Part shown: piece after piece, positions 12,428-28,263 of the stretch | How positions within the stretch are numbered: position 1 is the first letter of the stretch | Layout of the letters: each line of letters begins with the position of its first letter | Source: Gonapodya sp. JEL0774 | Taxonomy: Eukaryota | Assembly: GCA_027604505.1 (NCBI GenBank) | Contig: JADIIX010000149.1 | Location: 1-50,852, forward strand | Direction: 5' to 3' | DNA length: 50,852 nucleotides | Program-made: the position numbers and the translations under genes | The notes under the pieces: generated by a model | Database searches by the model: none | What the model was told of the DNA's origin: nothing | The model's input: only the letters and a program-made list of their open reading frames with translations

Positions 12428-15400
12428 CTAGACAGGTCTAAACAATTTACTCTCGGAACGTTCCGCCTCCGATCTCCACGTAACGACATGTCCATCCGCA
12501 CTCCCACTTGCAAGTACTAACCGGTGAGGATGTAGCGATAATGCGGTGATGACACTCCTGGATGAACCTAATGCCCCGCCCTCATACGGTCTAATCATAG
12601 ACAGGATATGACCCTCAAGATTCGTCATTTTGATTAATTGTGTTGAGCTCCCGCTGCAGAGGAAACATATCCGTTTAGAGGTTGTACCGGGCGCCGTTGA
12701 ACCGTCGCTTTCAACCACCTGCCGCCTGGAACTCACCATGCAATAATCGGAGCATGGTTGTGCACACTCATCGTCACCATTTCGCTTTGTTGAAACATGG
12801 GGATAGCTTTCAAAGAGTTTTGTTGTCGTAAGTCCCACAAACGAATCTCGCCGCTGGTAGACCCAGCCACTAGTTCCTGAGAGCCCGGTCGCAAATGCAC
12901 GTTCACTATTGATGATGAATCGTGTGATTGTTGGAGTACCATTGCGAGGCTACAGTGCCGCAGAAATTAGAGAACATTACTGAGATACATGAAGTAAAGT
13001 AGTCCCTGAATCGGAAAGGTAAAAGCGTGCTCCCTCACCTTTCTCGCGAAGACAATCTTCGGTCATATATGCGCACAGCACCATCCGTGAATCCCCCGAC
13101 AACCAACATTCCCGAGACTCTATCGCTGGTCATGCTGGTGACGGAGCTGTTCGACTTAGTTGGAAAGTCCTGTAGCCGGGTGCTTAGATTCTAAACACAT
13201 CTGCGGCAGTCGTGGCACTTGCCTGAACGCAAAGCTCTTTCTCAGCATCCCACACGCGAACAAATTTCACATCTCCGCTGACAAGAAGAGATCCGGTCAC
13301 TTGCTGCCAATCAGTGATCAAGCCGGTTCCCCGAGAAGTTGGGAACAGATCCGTGAGGGCACGCCATGCAGAAACGATTTCAATCTTCTCGGGGGACTCG
13401 TAGTTTCGATAAAGACGCACAACTCCCTCATCTGTACATGAATTCAAGAAACATTATATCTATTCTCCCCCACGAGATCAGGAGGTAGGACTCACCAGAT
13501 CCAACAAGCAACAAAGCCACGTCCTCTTCGTTGATAAACCGCACAGAGGTCGGACGGCTACCGATTGGATTACCGTTCGAGAATATGTTTAATCTTTGGG
13601 ATTGCTTCCAATCCCACACGCTGCACCATGTGATTAGTTCTCTTTGGTGAAAGAAACATCCAACTGACCACACACACCTGATCGTGTCTTTGTCGTTCGC
13701 AACAATTAGGTGATCTTCAAACTGATGAAAACAAAGAAGCTTTGCTTGTTCTCCATCATTCGACAGAATCGCAGTCCGCTCTTCAAACTTCGCATTTCCT
13801 AGGTGGACAAAATGAGTACCACAGCAACAACTCCCGGTATTTCCAGAGAGTCGACCTCACCAGATGACTCATGAACGAGCTTTGATTCGTACAATACTCG
13901 ATTGTTACGTTGCTGCCGCCAAAGACGCTCGTTCGAGCGTACACTACCGGGATCGTCAACTTCGGGAACCTTCGTTGATGACAAAAATAAGAGTTAGCGA
14001 GATCTTTTGTTTTTGAGCTTCGAAAAACATGGAAAAGTAGAAACCTTCATTTGCGGTTCTGCGAAGTATTCACAACACCAGTCGTAAAATACTGACTCGA
14101 GGGGAAGACCGTCTCCTCCTCCGAATACTGACGAACTGGCAATCGACATCCTTCCATCTTCGGACATAGTCGACATGGCAGGAACATCATCGTACTTCTC
14201 CGTATCTGGAGATGCTGCTAAGCTCGCAACAGCATTAGCTGTGGCCACGAGATTCGGCGAGGACCGGTTACCCAGGTGAGCAAAGCGTGGGCGAATATAG
14301 CCTGCAACACCTGGAAGAGTTGGCGTCCCTTTCGGTGTGGCGGGTCGTCCACCATCTGGTCCGACCAAGATGTTGTCCGACGATTGAGAAGACGAGAGCC
14401 CAGTAATATTGCGCAGTGAGTATGCAAAGGAGGCAGATCTCCGAATGTTGTTTCCTAAACCAGGTTTGCTGAGGTTGGCAGAAGCATTTTGATTCGTCAA
14501 AACCCCCGCAGATGACGGCATCGTCCGAGGCGAAGCAGTCACCACTCGCTCTACTCCGTTCGCCAAAGTTCCATTCGCAGGATTGGATGATGAACTTCCA
14601 TTGAGGGACATCATCGGTGGCGCAGAACCTGTTGTACGCGTTGCCTCAAGAGAGGTGCTCGTGTCGAGTAAGTTGGCAGTCACCAGCTGCAGGTTTATAA
14701 AGTCAACAACGCGCGAAGCATAGCTGGCCACTTCGGGGTGAGGGTCCACTGAAAGATTCAACAGCACCTTCCATATGCAGCTGTAAACGGAAATCTGTCC
14801 AGATTGGCGAAGAACTGAATCTGAACCACCTGCTCGACCGAAGCCACCATTTACTCCTTGACTTCCTCCTGGCACTTGCGATCGCTTTGCCTTTGTGGTG
14901 TCGTCTCCTCCGTCGACCAGATTTCGTTTTTCGTCCTCCCCCAGCAATTCAAAGGCAGCTTCCACAAACTTCTTAGAGTAAAGCCACACCACCTTGGAAA
15001 GGCTGACAACTAGCTCCCGTCTTACAAGAGGACCAGCATCGGCCGTTGCCGCGAGGACTGAGATAGAAACGTTGTGTTCTATGTTGACGACGTGCTCTGT
15101 GCGATCCACATCCCCCATGAAAGTACCGATTGCAAACATGGCAGCTGCGCGTACTTCAGGTACCACGTCACCAAGCATTGCGCACAGCTTCTCGTGCACA
15201 GAGTCCTTGATAGCTGCGAACTTTGCATCCGGTAGGCGTTCCCACAGTTTGCCGATGCACACTGCCGCCCACTGACGAAGCAGGGGGTCTTGGTCCGTGA
15301 GGTGTACCACAGCAGCACCAAGTACATTGGCTTTGAGGCAAGCTTGCTGTCCGGCGCGAAACTCGTGACAGAAAACGGAAAGTATGAAGCAGCACATTGC

Positions 15401-17680
15401 GCGGTGCTCCGAAATGTTTGGTACAGGAGGCATGTTGACGGAAGAGGCAAGAATGTTGACAAAGTACATGAAACCATTATCCTTTAGCAATTCATTTTGA
15501 CAAGAGGAATCGACAGCAAGTATTTTGGCCCAGATGAAGACAAGGACAGGTTTGAGCTCGGCAGCAGGAGATTGCAGGAGCTTAAGTACGTAAGGGAAAA
15601 TGCCAACAGAGAGTGCTAAGTTAACAGACCTGACGAGGAACCCAGCGGAATAAAAAGAAGAGTGAATCAAACCAACACTTTACGGTCCTGCGCAATATCG
15701 AAACGCAAAAGTACACCGGTGAATGCTCACCATGGACCTAGATCTAAGAATCGACTAAGAAGCATGAGGGCCCGCAAGCGATGCACCTGACTGAGCAAAA
15801 CTTGTAGCACAATTGGCAGCTGCTCGGGAAGCCGCTTGCTGATGGCACCTTTTGCCAACCATACCTCGAACGCGGTCAATTGCTCTGCGAAAAATGCGCT
15901 GTGGCGATATGTGACGGATGGTGGAGCAGAAGGGTCCGGGAGGGATTGTGTGGTGGGAGGTGGCCCAACTCCGGTGGGGGTCACTGGGGTCGGGGGAAGA
16001 CCACTTGGAGCTCCTGACGTCGGGACTTGCGTTCCACGGGCTTCCGCTGCGGCGTTTATTGCTGCGGGTACGGATGTGGGAATTCCAGGGGCAGCGGTAG
16101 CGATTTGCAAAATGGGACTATTTGGTTGTGCCTCCTCCGTTGCGAGTAGCCCGGGCAATTGAGAGAGAACCATGTCCGCGGCAAGGTCCCACGATTGCCA
16201 CAGAGGATGCTGATGAGTAGGAGGAAGAGCAGGGTAAGACATGGGTGTGCATTTGAATGAACGCATGACACGCTCTGCCAAGAGGTAATTGCGGAATAGC
16301 GCAGCCACCATGAGGTCCTGTCGGAAGAGGCGTTTGAATAAGTCATGTGGTAGAACGTTCCAGGCGATGGTGTCAGTAATGGCGGTGAAGATCCAGTTAA
16401 GTTCACCGAGGGGCGTTCGGCGGTCGTTGAGCTTCCCAGGGATCTTGTTTATCATGTCGGGGGTGATGTTCGAGAGGGGTGACTTTTGCATTACAAACCA
16501 CCGAAGTGCAATTTCTATGGGAGTGGTGAGACAACAAGTAAAAATGTCCGCGGGAAGGTCAGGGTTCATGGGAAGAATCTCGGTGGGTCCACATGCGGCT
16601 AGCTGAATGCAGTCCCGGAAGGGCACATACGGTGGCGGTCCGCCTGCAGCCACATTCGTTGAAGATCCTGGCGGGGTTCCAGATGTCACACCAGCAGGCA
16701 ACGACGGCTGAGAACCCCCAGATGCTGCAAGATGACGCAATGCTTCGGCGTCGCGTTGTTCAGCAAACCTAGGAAAATAACGCTTGTTTAAAGGCGAAAG
16801 AAGATATTTGAGCAAGTCTGCAGATTCGGACGAATACCTGTTGAAAGCAACAAGGATGTTGCCGGCGTTTGAGCAATCATACACGAAAATGCAAGGGGAT
16901 CCAAGCCACGTTTGGAGTTCGTAGATGGAGACGGGTATGTACTGAGTATATGTCTTGTTGAAGACCCAAATCTCCCCTCCTTGAGTGGGTTTGGGCACCC
17001 CATGTCCGTTATAGTGGAACAATATGCGGTCGTCCTTGGCATTTCGGCGAAGCCCGACGCAGACTTTCTTTGTCTCTTCGACTGAAGGGTCAAGAGAGAC
17101 CTTGTATCGAGCTCTGGGCTGCCAAACCTCGTACTGCTGCTGGAGGTTTCGACCTATGGTGTCCAGCGACTTTTGCGGTGCCATGGAGAAAGGATCGACC
17201 CACGCTTCCAACTTAGCACAAGGTGATGTCTTGACGATGTCGGGTGGGTCTATACCAATGTTCAGGCAGAGAACGAGGGCGACTGATACGGTTTTGAGGC
17301 GTTCCCGCATCTTCCAGTCGTGCGCGGGGTGGAGCCGCGAAGGATGGTCTGGGAGCGGGTTCGCGTTCGTTTCATGTCTGTTAAGCCACGATCGATGGAT
17401 AACCAGAAGAGAAGGGGTAGGGTAACCAACGGGGGAGTGAGGTGGATAACCGAGAGTGAGGACGGGGACAGCGACGAAGACCGAGGGATCCCGCAAGGAG
17501 CGGCGGCAGTCAATCTCTCTTTTCTCATGCGCACCTTCGCTCCGAATAGTACTGGTAGAAAAATACCGCACGAGGATGTGCTCCTGACCGCCCTGAAGGC
17601 CCCACAGCTCGTTCTTCACCATCGCCGCGTTGCTCCAGTTGTCTCTCCCGGGCCGAGCCAGGAATGGCTTGAGGTGCCAT
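12428..17680 (-). CDS. KOG1: TORC1 subunit Raptor/Kog1/Mip1, multi-exon
   Basis: Raptor N-terminal domain [26 protein letters not shown]...[38 protein letters not shown] region and C-terminal WD40 exons. Likely first exon MAPQAIP...YYSERR (ATG at 17680) splices to RHETNANP. Confidence 0.97.
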
Positions 17681-17918
17681 CGGCCGGACTGATTCTCGGG
17701 AGCGAGCCAGGCTTTTCGGGTTGCCTGTGTGTGGAAGGTTCCGTCTGACTTCCAGATAGCTTCTGTGCACACAATGATATGGGGGGTGGAAGCTCTGCTC
17801 AGCTGATCACCACCGAGCTGGACCACACCACTCCAATCCACTTGTTCTGAGACCGGAATGAGCGCTCTTGATTAGAAAATAGTGAAGTTTTTTTCGTCTT
17901 TAATACTGATCTCAAAAT

Positions 17919-20900
17919 TCACATATACTTGGTCAACTCAAGCTGCACCATGTCCAGGAGTTCATCTTTCTTCCTAGGAAGCCCACGCAAGCCTTTCTCT
18001 TTCAGATATGCGGTAAGACTCGCTACACTCATCTTCGGAAGCTGGAAACAGGTAACATCGCACGATCACGGGTATTCATGGTTCTCTCATTAGTCAACCG
18101 AGATTTCGCATCGTTCTGACTCCACTCACCTTTCCCTGTTTCGCGGCCTCTTCAATTTCATCTGAACTTGCAGGGGGCTTTTGCACCCTTTTCCTTTTGG
18201 GGCCGTCTTCCTCTTCCCCTTCTCCCTCATCATCCACTGCTCTCTTCCGAGTCTTGCCCTTTGTCGGGAGCTCTGGTTCTGGGGAAGGCAGGCTGTTGAG
18301 TGCCTCACGGAGGCGTCGGTTGAATTCTCGAATCGGTGGGCCGGCAACTTTGTCTATTGCCTCCAGATTGGGGAGAGTTATGTCTAAGCGATTGAATGAT
18401 TGGTGAACCCAAACGCATTGTTTGTTTGCAGTTCACTGATACCAAATATCACCTTGAAATTCAATGTTGGATGGATCTCGATCCAGCGCCACTGTCTCAA
18501 CCATAAGATAATGTTTCTGAAGCTCTATTTTCAATAACATTGCGTCAGTGCTGATACACCCCTTCATGCTGTCAATGCAACTTACGGGGATTCTTGAAAG
18601 CTTTCGGGTTATACCCTTTCCTGATATGAATTTTTTTGATCGCAATCTGGAGAATGTCCAACGCCTCCGATGGAAACTCTGAAATTTTTTTAGGTGATTT
18701 AAAAGTGAGCGACAGGGCCCGGGAGACAACCGACCTCTTTCCGATTGCTTATCAAGGCTTCTCATGTCGTCTGCGAATGGCAAAGGATGGATTTGGAACC
18801 CGGACTGTTGCCCACTAGCATCATCTTCTATCTGATGACGCAGAGTAGATCGTTTGTCAATGGTCAGACTTGTGACCCCCTCCTCTCCAAAAAGCACATC
18901 ACCTGCGGAACCAGAGCCACAAGTCTTGGTGGCGAATTTCGCCGAGGTACAAAGGAACAAATTGCAACCATGTTGCGCTCCTCGAGACGGGCGAGAAGGG
19001 AAGCGAAGAGAGCTGTACTGCCCTTTATCTCCTATACACATGAAGTGCAGAAGAATGTGCGTTGAGCGGCATCTCCATGGAATAATTAAAAGTTTTGACA
19101 GGAATCATACCGCCTCGTCAGGATACAGAAATAGAGTATGTCGAATGGTGTTCTTCCAGTGGTATGCACCTTCTGCATCGCTGCTTTTGAAACCAAGCGT
19201 ACGGATGCCTGCTCCCTCATCTGTCAACCCAGTGTCTAGCTCGAACAGTTGAATTCACTTACCTGGCTCTGAAATAGGGTGGTCTTTGAACAACCGAATC
19301 TTTTCTATCTCGTCTTTGCTGAACACCACACGTTGACCCCCATACTCATAGGCATACTTCAAAGTCCCTTCCGCTGGAAGAACTGATTGCTCGAGGTCCT
19401 GCGAGCCAAGAGGTTCCAGCTTATACCAATGATCCAACGTATTTCCACCAAACTCACTGTATCGATCCAATCGGTGCTGACAATAACCGGTTTATTATGG
19501 TACCGATCCACTAGGACGTGGTTCGGTCGTTTTTGCTCCACAATCATGTTGTACCTTCAGTGCACAGCTGTCACTGCGCGTCGTCCATTAATTGCCACAA
19601 ACGGTTGGTTACCTACCCTGCGACGGCTATTGTCAGACCCTCCCCTAATGTCCAATCAACCCTAAATGCAGTGCGCTTTGCAAAGTCTTTCCGCTTCAGC
19701 TCCAGCTCGAACTCTGCCAGCTGTGAAATAACATCCGGCGGCTCCCATTTAGATTCTTCCTCCTCGGGTTCTTGAAACGTGTGCAAAAATTCCTGATGGG
19801 AGAACACGAGGTGATGCCCACCGAACGGTACTGAAAGCCATCATCAACAAAACAACCTTCCAAAATTCCCATTGAAAAATTTTGTCTCCGTGCTTCACAA
19901 ACGGGAAAAGCGACAGTTCTATCCCTTGTTGGTGAAGGTCCTAACAGGGAGTATCAAACACAAGCTCTCAGTTTAGGGCAGTGACAAAAACAAAAACAGT
20001 TGCGCAACAAACCTGCGCACGCTTAATGGCTACCGAACGCTGTGTTGAGTCCATGCTCGAGAAGTCATCATTGGTGACGAAAAAGATGCGACGCGAGCTG
20101 AAGGAGGTGGCGGTACCACTTCATACATTGTAGCGACCAGCTGTTTACTTCAAATACATTTTGCCCAGCAAATCGGAGCACTGGAACCTCACCCTCTAGA
20201 GAACATGTCCTGAATTGTCCACAAAACCTCCTCGAGCTTGGAATTCTGCCAGCGGAATTCATCGCGAAACTTGTGAGCATCCTCTGTTTTTTACAGCAAT
20301 CGCATTGTGTCAGTAACGTAGAGGAAGATAAAAACATCATAACCTACGTTCTGCTTTTCGGGCCATTTCTTCCAACTTCAATATTCGTGGAGCGTCTGGG
20401 AGATCTAGGTCTGCGATTTCAAGCACTCCTTGATAGCTACGTGATAGCGCATCACGAGGGGGCCAAGCCGCAGGATTTGCGGCACTCTGGTTGTCACAGA
20501 ACATCGAATGAATGGGGACGTATGGGGAGCAGCGCCAGCGAGCTCATCCTATCTGCCTGAGCGACAAGAGACTGGCAGACACTAACCGTATTTATAAATA
20601 GCACTCCCACAACATCGTTAGGAGAGGAAACGATCTTTGCCTTCATGAGCATGGCGGTGTGCCACAATGCTGCAGACACAGGTGTCTGTTGGTCTTTCAT
20701 CGAAGGAGCCGACTGGCTACTAGACGCCGAGTCAGTATGTGGCGCTCCATTTGCACGTTTCGTTTTCTTTTCGGCTGGTGAAGGCAAGTCGAGATTTTCG
20801 AGCATGCGAGGTGAGCAGTCAATGACCCATAGTACAGCATCCCGCTGCCGTTCGTTCTTCAAATTTACAAAACAGCGCCACAGGCAGAGGGAATATTGGA

Positions 20901-21085
20901 GATCGGTAGGAATTTGGAGGATCGCAGTTGGTGGGCCCGGATTTGAACCAACTTCCCCTGCAAGTTCGATTCACGAACCTCACACTTACCTTCTTAGAAT
21001 CCGACCCAGTATCGTCATCCCCGTCTCCAAATTCTTCTTCGTCATCGTCAGGAGCAAACGCGCTGAAGGTGTCCTTCCAACTCAT
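17919..21085 (-). CDS. KU70: ATP-dependent DNA helicase II 70 kDa subunit (Ku70), multi-exon
   Basis: Acidic N-terminus, vWA start RDAVLWVIDCSPRM, YEYGGQRVVFSKDEIEKIR, FLYPDE, LPFADDMR, and a C-terminal SAP domain (KMSVASLTAYLKEKGLRGLPRKKDELLDMV...KYM*). Confidence 0.95.
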
Positions 21086-21251
21086 TCTTTGGAACTATTC
21101 CGATGCGAAGACCTGCCATGTGGTTTCAACAGTGTTTCTGCGGAGCAGCTATTAAGACCAAACCACGTACTTCTATGTATGTCGGAGATGTTGGTTCATT
21201 ATTGCTATAATAATTTGGAGGCATGAAAGCGCATGAAATTCCCATTCTCTT

Positions 21252-23415
<2,164 letters not shown>

Positions 23416-23938
23416 GTCGGCTCAGGACTGTTGTGGGCGTTTCTGCAAAGAGCGATGCCACTTCTCCCTAATATGTACCGCAATTGTCAGGACGGTCGGA
23501 AAGTCAAGTGGTTTTGGCTTGCTCCCCTTGGACGGAGCCTTTATTTTGGTTGTGTGCTGGAAGAGGATCCAAGTCAGTCGAGTCGGCCTTCTCTATGCAA
23601 AACAACGGCAATCCGAATTCTGAATTCGAATGCCGACCTAAGAGTATTCCAGCGGGCCGTCCCGATTGAGAAGTTCGAAGTTTCTCAGTGATGGCAATGA
23701 CGAAGGCAGTTCGAAGACACGCCCACACGCTCGTATTTGTGTCAAGGAATTCGATGAATTGGAATATTAGTTCTACGATTTCGGAAGATTGGATGGACGA
23801 CAACAATCCTATCGTAGCTGATTGCAGCACATATACAGTTCCGATGTATGTATGTCGGTAGATTCAGATCACCCACTGCCGGTCTCGTTGGTCGTAATTT
23901 TTTTCCAGAGTGAAAGGTCACACAGGCCCATACTCAAT

Positions 23939-24813
23939 ATGAATCTGCTATTGCTGATTCGTTGCAAGACCCCGCAGATGTCAGAGACTCTTTGTGGTTC
24001 CTCATCCACAGTTCTGTTCCGATCCCAACTTCAATCATCCTTCCATGCATCCTCCTTTCGAAACGCCAAAGATTCATGGGTGGCATCCTTCAATGTAAAC
24101 TCCATTCCTCGAGGTGCGCCATCTTATTGATGGGCCTTGATGCATAGCGTGTTCACTTCAGCGTAAACGGGACCACAACATTTGCAGACAAGCTCACCAT
24201 CAAATACGCCCGCAGCGGTGGAGCGGGTGGTCAGAACGTTAACAAAGGTGTTTTTCTCGCGTCTTTGATGAAATAGCTGTCGGCGTCAGCAGTTCAAAGG
24301 ATTACATTGCCCCTCCAACTGACTCTGACGGACCGACGCAATGCAAGTAAACACAAAGGTGGATCTCCGATTTGTCATTGATGATGCAGATTGGATCCCG
24401 GATTATGCAAAGGAAAATATGAAGCTGATGGTGTGTCCCCGACCTTCCGTTGGACAAGAACTGCTGACTCCAACTTGTTCCTCGCTACAGTTTCCGAGCA
24501 ATCTTAACAAGCGGGGGGAGTATGTCATCACATCTGAGAGGTATCGCACACAGTTGGAAAACTTGGACGACGCTCTCCGAAAGCTGCGAGACGCTGTGAG
24601 AGAGGCCGGGGTGCTGCCGAGAGAGCCGGACAAAGAGACGATCGAAAGGATCAAGGAGTAGTGAGTACAGAGAACGCTGATTCTTTCTTATTTTTAGCAC
24701 ATCACACAATAAACTACTTCGCGGTTCCCAGTCGGAAAGAGGCCAACGAGAATCGGATTTCCAGCAAGAAGATGTCCTCTCGTAAGAAACAGGATCGGCA
24801 ATGGCGAGATTAG
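23939..24813 (+). CDS. PTH4: Mitochondrial peptidyl-tRNA hydrolase ICT1/Pth4 (ArfB/YaeJ-like, RF-1 family)
   Basis: Spliced DKLTIKYARSGGAGGQNVNK|VNTKVDLRF, NKRGEYVITSERYRTQLENLDDA, a basic tail ANENRISSKKMSSRKKQDR, and a presequence-like N-terminus. Start could be 23939 or 23978. Confidence 0.9.
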
Positions 24814-25152
24814 CTGTGTAGTGAACAGCTGTTGAGTTGGGAGTCGACATTTGATATCGAGAGCGCGTCGCGCAAGCAGGGACCTTCCACTGCACGTTGT
24901 AGACAAGCTGGCTGCATCGAAACACTTCGCACATACCTGACATTCCACCGAGTATTGAAGTAAATATTCTTATCGTTGATAGTTCACGTGACACTTGCAC
25001 AGATACAGCGGCGAAATGCACCAGATTGTAGATGAATGCAGACAACAATATATATAGTCTAGAAATCTCGCTCTTGGACTCTATCTTCACCGCACGATAT
25101 GCACATTGACATTGAGCGTTTACATGTGACCCTCGCAATGTGGTTTCCCAGA

Positions 25153-27985
25153 CTACCTAATCGGCGTCACAATGATCTGTGCAATCCTTCGTATCTCTGC
25201 CTCGTTCTGGAAAATAGAGGCCTTGAGAGACGATATCCGTTCACACTTTGAGAATCAGACGGGCGCAAGTTCAAGATGGGCGAGTTCAAGTTCAAGTAGG
25301 GCTCCGCATGTCGGTGTGCCGAACACCAGCTCACCCACCTCAGCTTCGATCGCTTCCTCAACGTCCCGGATGTGCATCGCGATTGGCTCAAGCATCGTCT
25401 GAGTCTCTCTATAATCAAAACACACGCGATAATCAGCCAACTCCAGAACACCCAGACGGCGAGGACTTGACACCACCAATAACACACCTCTCCTCCAACC
25501 TCAACTTCCCTTCCCACTCCACCACCTCCTTCTTCCACCTCTCCTCTTCCCCTTCCATTCCTTCCAAATCCTCCCCAGCAAGATCTAAGAGACTCGCCAA
25601 CGGTCCTGCGGCCGCTGCCGCGGCTCGCACGTGCACTATCAGCGAAGCCATTCGTGCCTGGTGTTCAGCAGTATTTCCAACTGCGGAAGTTCCAACGCCG
25701 GTGCCCGTCTCAAGGACTTTTCGAATGAGTTCACCTGTGACATTCCGGACGTGACGCAATCAACAGCAGAAAATCACTACCCCCGCTTCTCTTGAGAATC
25801 CACCAGATCCTCTCACCATGTTCTCCCTGCCCTCTCATCACCGCCTCCGCGTCCCCGGCTGCCACCTCCGCCATTCCTGCTTGGATATCTGTCCTTTGCT
25901 GTGCCGCGAGCACGGTTCCAACATCAGCAACCTGCACAAACTCGTCTGCATCGTCGTGGTTGCCGAGAAGCGCACGCGCCCCTCCCACTTGGAATGAACC
26001 ATCGTTGGAATCAGGCGTGTCCGTGATGACGGTAGGGGGAGCGACACTGAACGAGTTGGATTCGATCAGCTCCACAACAGTACAGCGGAACCCTGGATTC
26101 TCCAGACAATATCGCAAGATGTCCCTCTCGTCACAACTTACCCGCCGCTATCGACTCCTACATCTGTAAGCACTTTTCTCCTCGGAGGTGGTGCCCTCGC
26201 CGTGGTAGGTCTCACCGGTCTCCTCGCAACCAGGCCCGTAGCCCTAAGCTGCTCTTGCTCTCTTCCCTTCTCCACATCCGACTCCCTTTCCCTTTCCTTT
26301 TCCCTTTCGTCCTCACCCCGCCCTGCTGCCTCAGAATCTGCAAATGGAGATATGAGCATTGCACTGACTGGTGACTCAATGTCTGACTGTGAGGGAGGAG
26401 GCTGTTGGTGAACTGGAAGAAGTGCGGGAGGTATGGGACGGTATGATGCACTTGATGTGGTCGGTGAGCTCGGTGCTTGCGGGTCTGTCTCACCATCTTG
26501 CGTCGGACTCTCCCGTTCAGAAGCGCGACGATCACTAGTTATGGACATCGATGGATGCTCCTGGTCTTCGGATGGCATAGGTGGTGGTTGTACAGATTGC
26601 GACGGTTCCTGTGGTTGGATCGTGGCCGCATTGCGTGGCAGCGAAGGCATCACGGGCTGTTGCATTTGCCGTTGAGTCGGAGCGGATGTCTTCGATGATC
26701 TTCGATGAGACGATGAACCAGAAGGCGTAGCAGCCGTTCCCTGCGGTGGGGCAGTGTGTACATTTTTCGCTCCAGTCACGGCGTCTTTGGCAGTGGGAGC
26801 GAGAGAAGGGTTGGAAGCACGAGTGAGCGATGGATTTGAGGAAGTAGCGGATGGTTTCTTGGAGGAATCTTTGAGAGAACTAATGGGAGGTTCAGGCAAC
26901 AATAAGAAGAAGATTATCACTATCACTCACCTTCTGGACCCTTTCACGTCTTTTGTAGATGTTCGATCTTTCTCTCTATCTTTCTCTTTGTCCTTGCTCT
27001 TGGACGACGAGGACGGTGGTGGAGCCATTGTAATCTCCGGCGGTGTTGTCGTTGTGCCAGGTGCAAGAGGAGCAGACATCGGAGTTGGAAGCGGTGGAGT
27101 TGACAGGTCCTTTTCATTACTTAGCGCCGCTTGCGGTGATTTGGTGGAATGTTTTGTGCTGTAGTGGTCGGCAATAATCAGAGGAGTGAGAGAGCAAGAG
27201 GTTGCACAAAACGAGTGGTAAGTGGTCGAAAAAGTGTATTTAAAAGACTTACCTGGGTCGTTCTCCGCTTGTCACTCGCTTAACTGCCACGGTGGAGTCC
27301 ATCTGTGGTTTGAGGAGTGCATAAGTCGAGTAATTGTGAACTAAGGTCCCACCAACCCATTTTTTTCTTTATACGCCTGCGCCCCATCATCGTCTATTGT
27401 CTAAACTGACCTGCGTTGCCCTAGCCAGCTGCTGCAGAAACTCGTTGGTCACTTCGGGCTCCATTCCTGCAACAACCTTGTTGGGGTTCAGTCGCACAGG
27501 TTCGCCAAGGGTGAAGGAGACGCAGTCCGATAGTTTCATAAGCCAAGCAATCTTGGCTTCTTTTTCCTGATATGGGGTTCAGATAGTCGGAAGAGATCAG
27601 GGGGGGCAATAAGAATCTTCGACCGTTCGAGAGGAATGAATCCAGTAACAGTCCGACATTGGACCGTTTCCCCCAGAAAAAATTTCACAGCCGAAGCGGA
27701 CACAATTGAACTTTTCGCTCCACTATGAGTCTCCGGTTCCTGGCTTCGACGCCAACGCGTGGAGCTCACCTTTACATTCTCTGAATTCCTCTCCGACTCG
27801 GAAAACAACCCAGTACCCCACCCAGCGGCTCCCATTGCTTCCGAAACAAGATCATGGAGGAATCGAAACGGAGGTTTTGTCAGCAACTTCGCTGTGAGTG
27901 GAGTGCGTTTGATGAGCGGGGCAAGAGAACTTTGGGTGGATTTGATGGCGGCATCGAGGGAAGTGGAGGCAGCCGCGGATGACAT
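25153..27985 (-). CDS. IFT54: Intraflagellar transport protein IFT54 (TRAF3IP1/MIP-T3), multi-exon
   Basis: N-terminal CH-like motif TQSSLAPLIKRTPLTAKLLTKPPFRFLHDLVSE, RPTTARAPPPR, HGELIRKVLE-type motif, and a C-terminal coiled coil ending CERISSLKASIFQNEAEIRRIAQIIVTPIR*. Confidence 0.92.
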
Positions 27986-28263
27986 TGAGTGGGATTAAAG
28001 ATGAATGAACGGTGTGGGACTGGAACCGAACAACCGACGCTGTTGAGAGAAAATGCAGGAGAGGTATTGATGAGTGCGTGCAGGCCGCGATGTTGGGAGA
28101 CCGCCATGTGTTTTTCTCCATGGACAATGTACCCAACCACCCTGCCGGGAATACCGGAAATTAAACGTACCAACAATGTAACACTCTCTACTGACGTAAT
28201 TATAGCGATGCTCCCATGTCGGCATGACCTAATCCCTCACAAACATCGCAATTCGGTGAGCAC

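Noticed and set aside
17312..17841. N-terminal extension of the 704-aa Raptor ORF as listed in the ORF track
   Set aside because: It reads through an intron and upstream DNA. A better model is an ATG at 17680 in another frame, spliced (gtgcgc...aacag) to RHETNANP.
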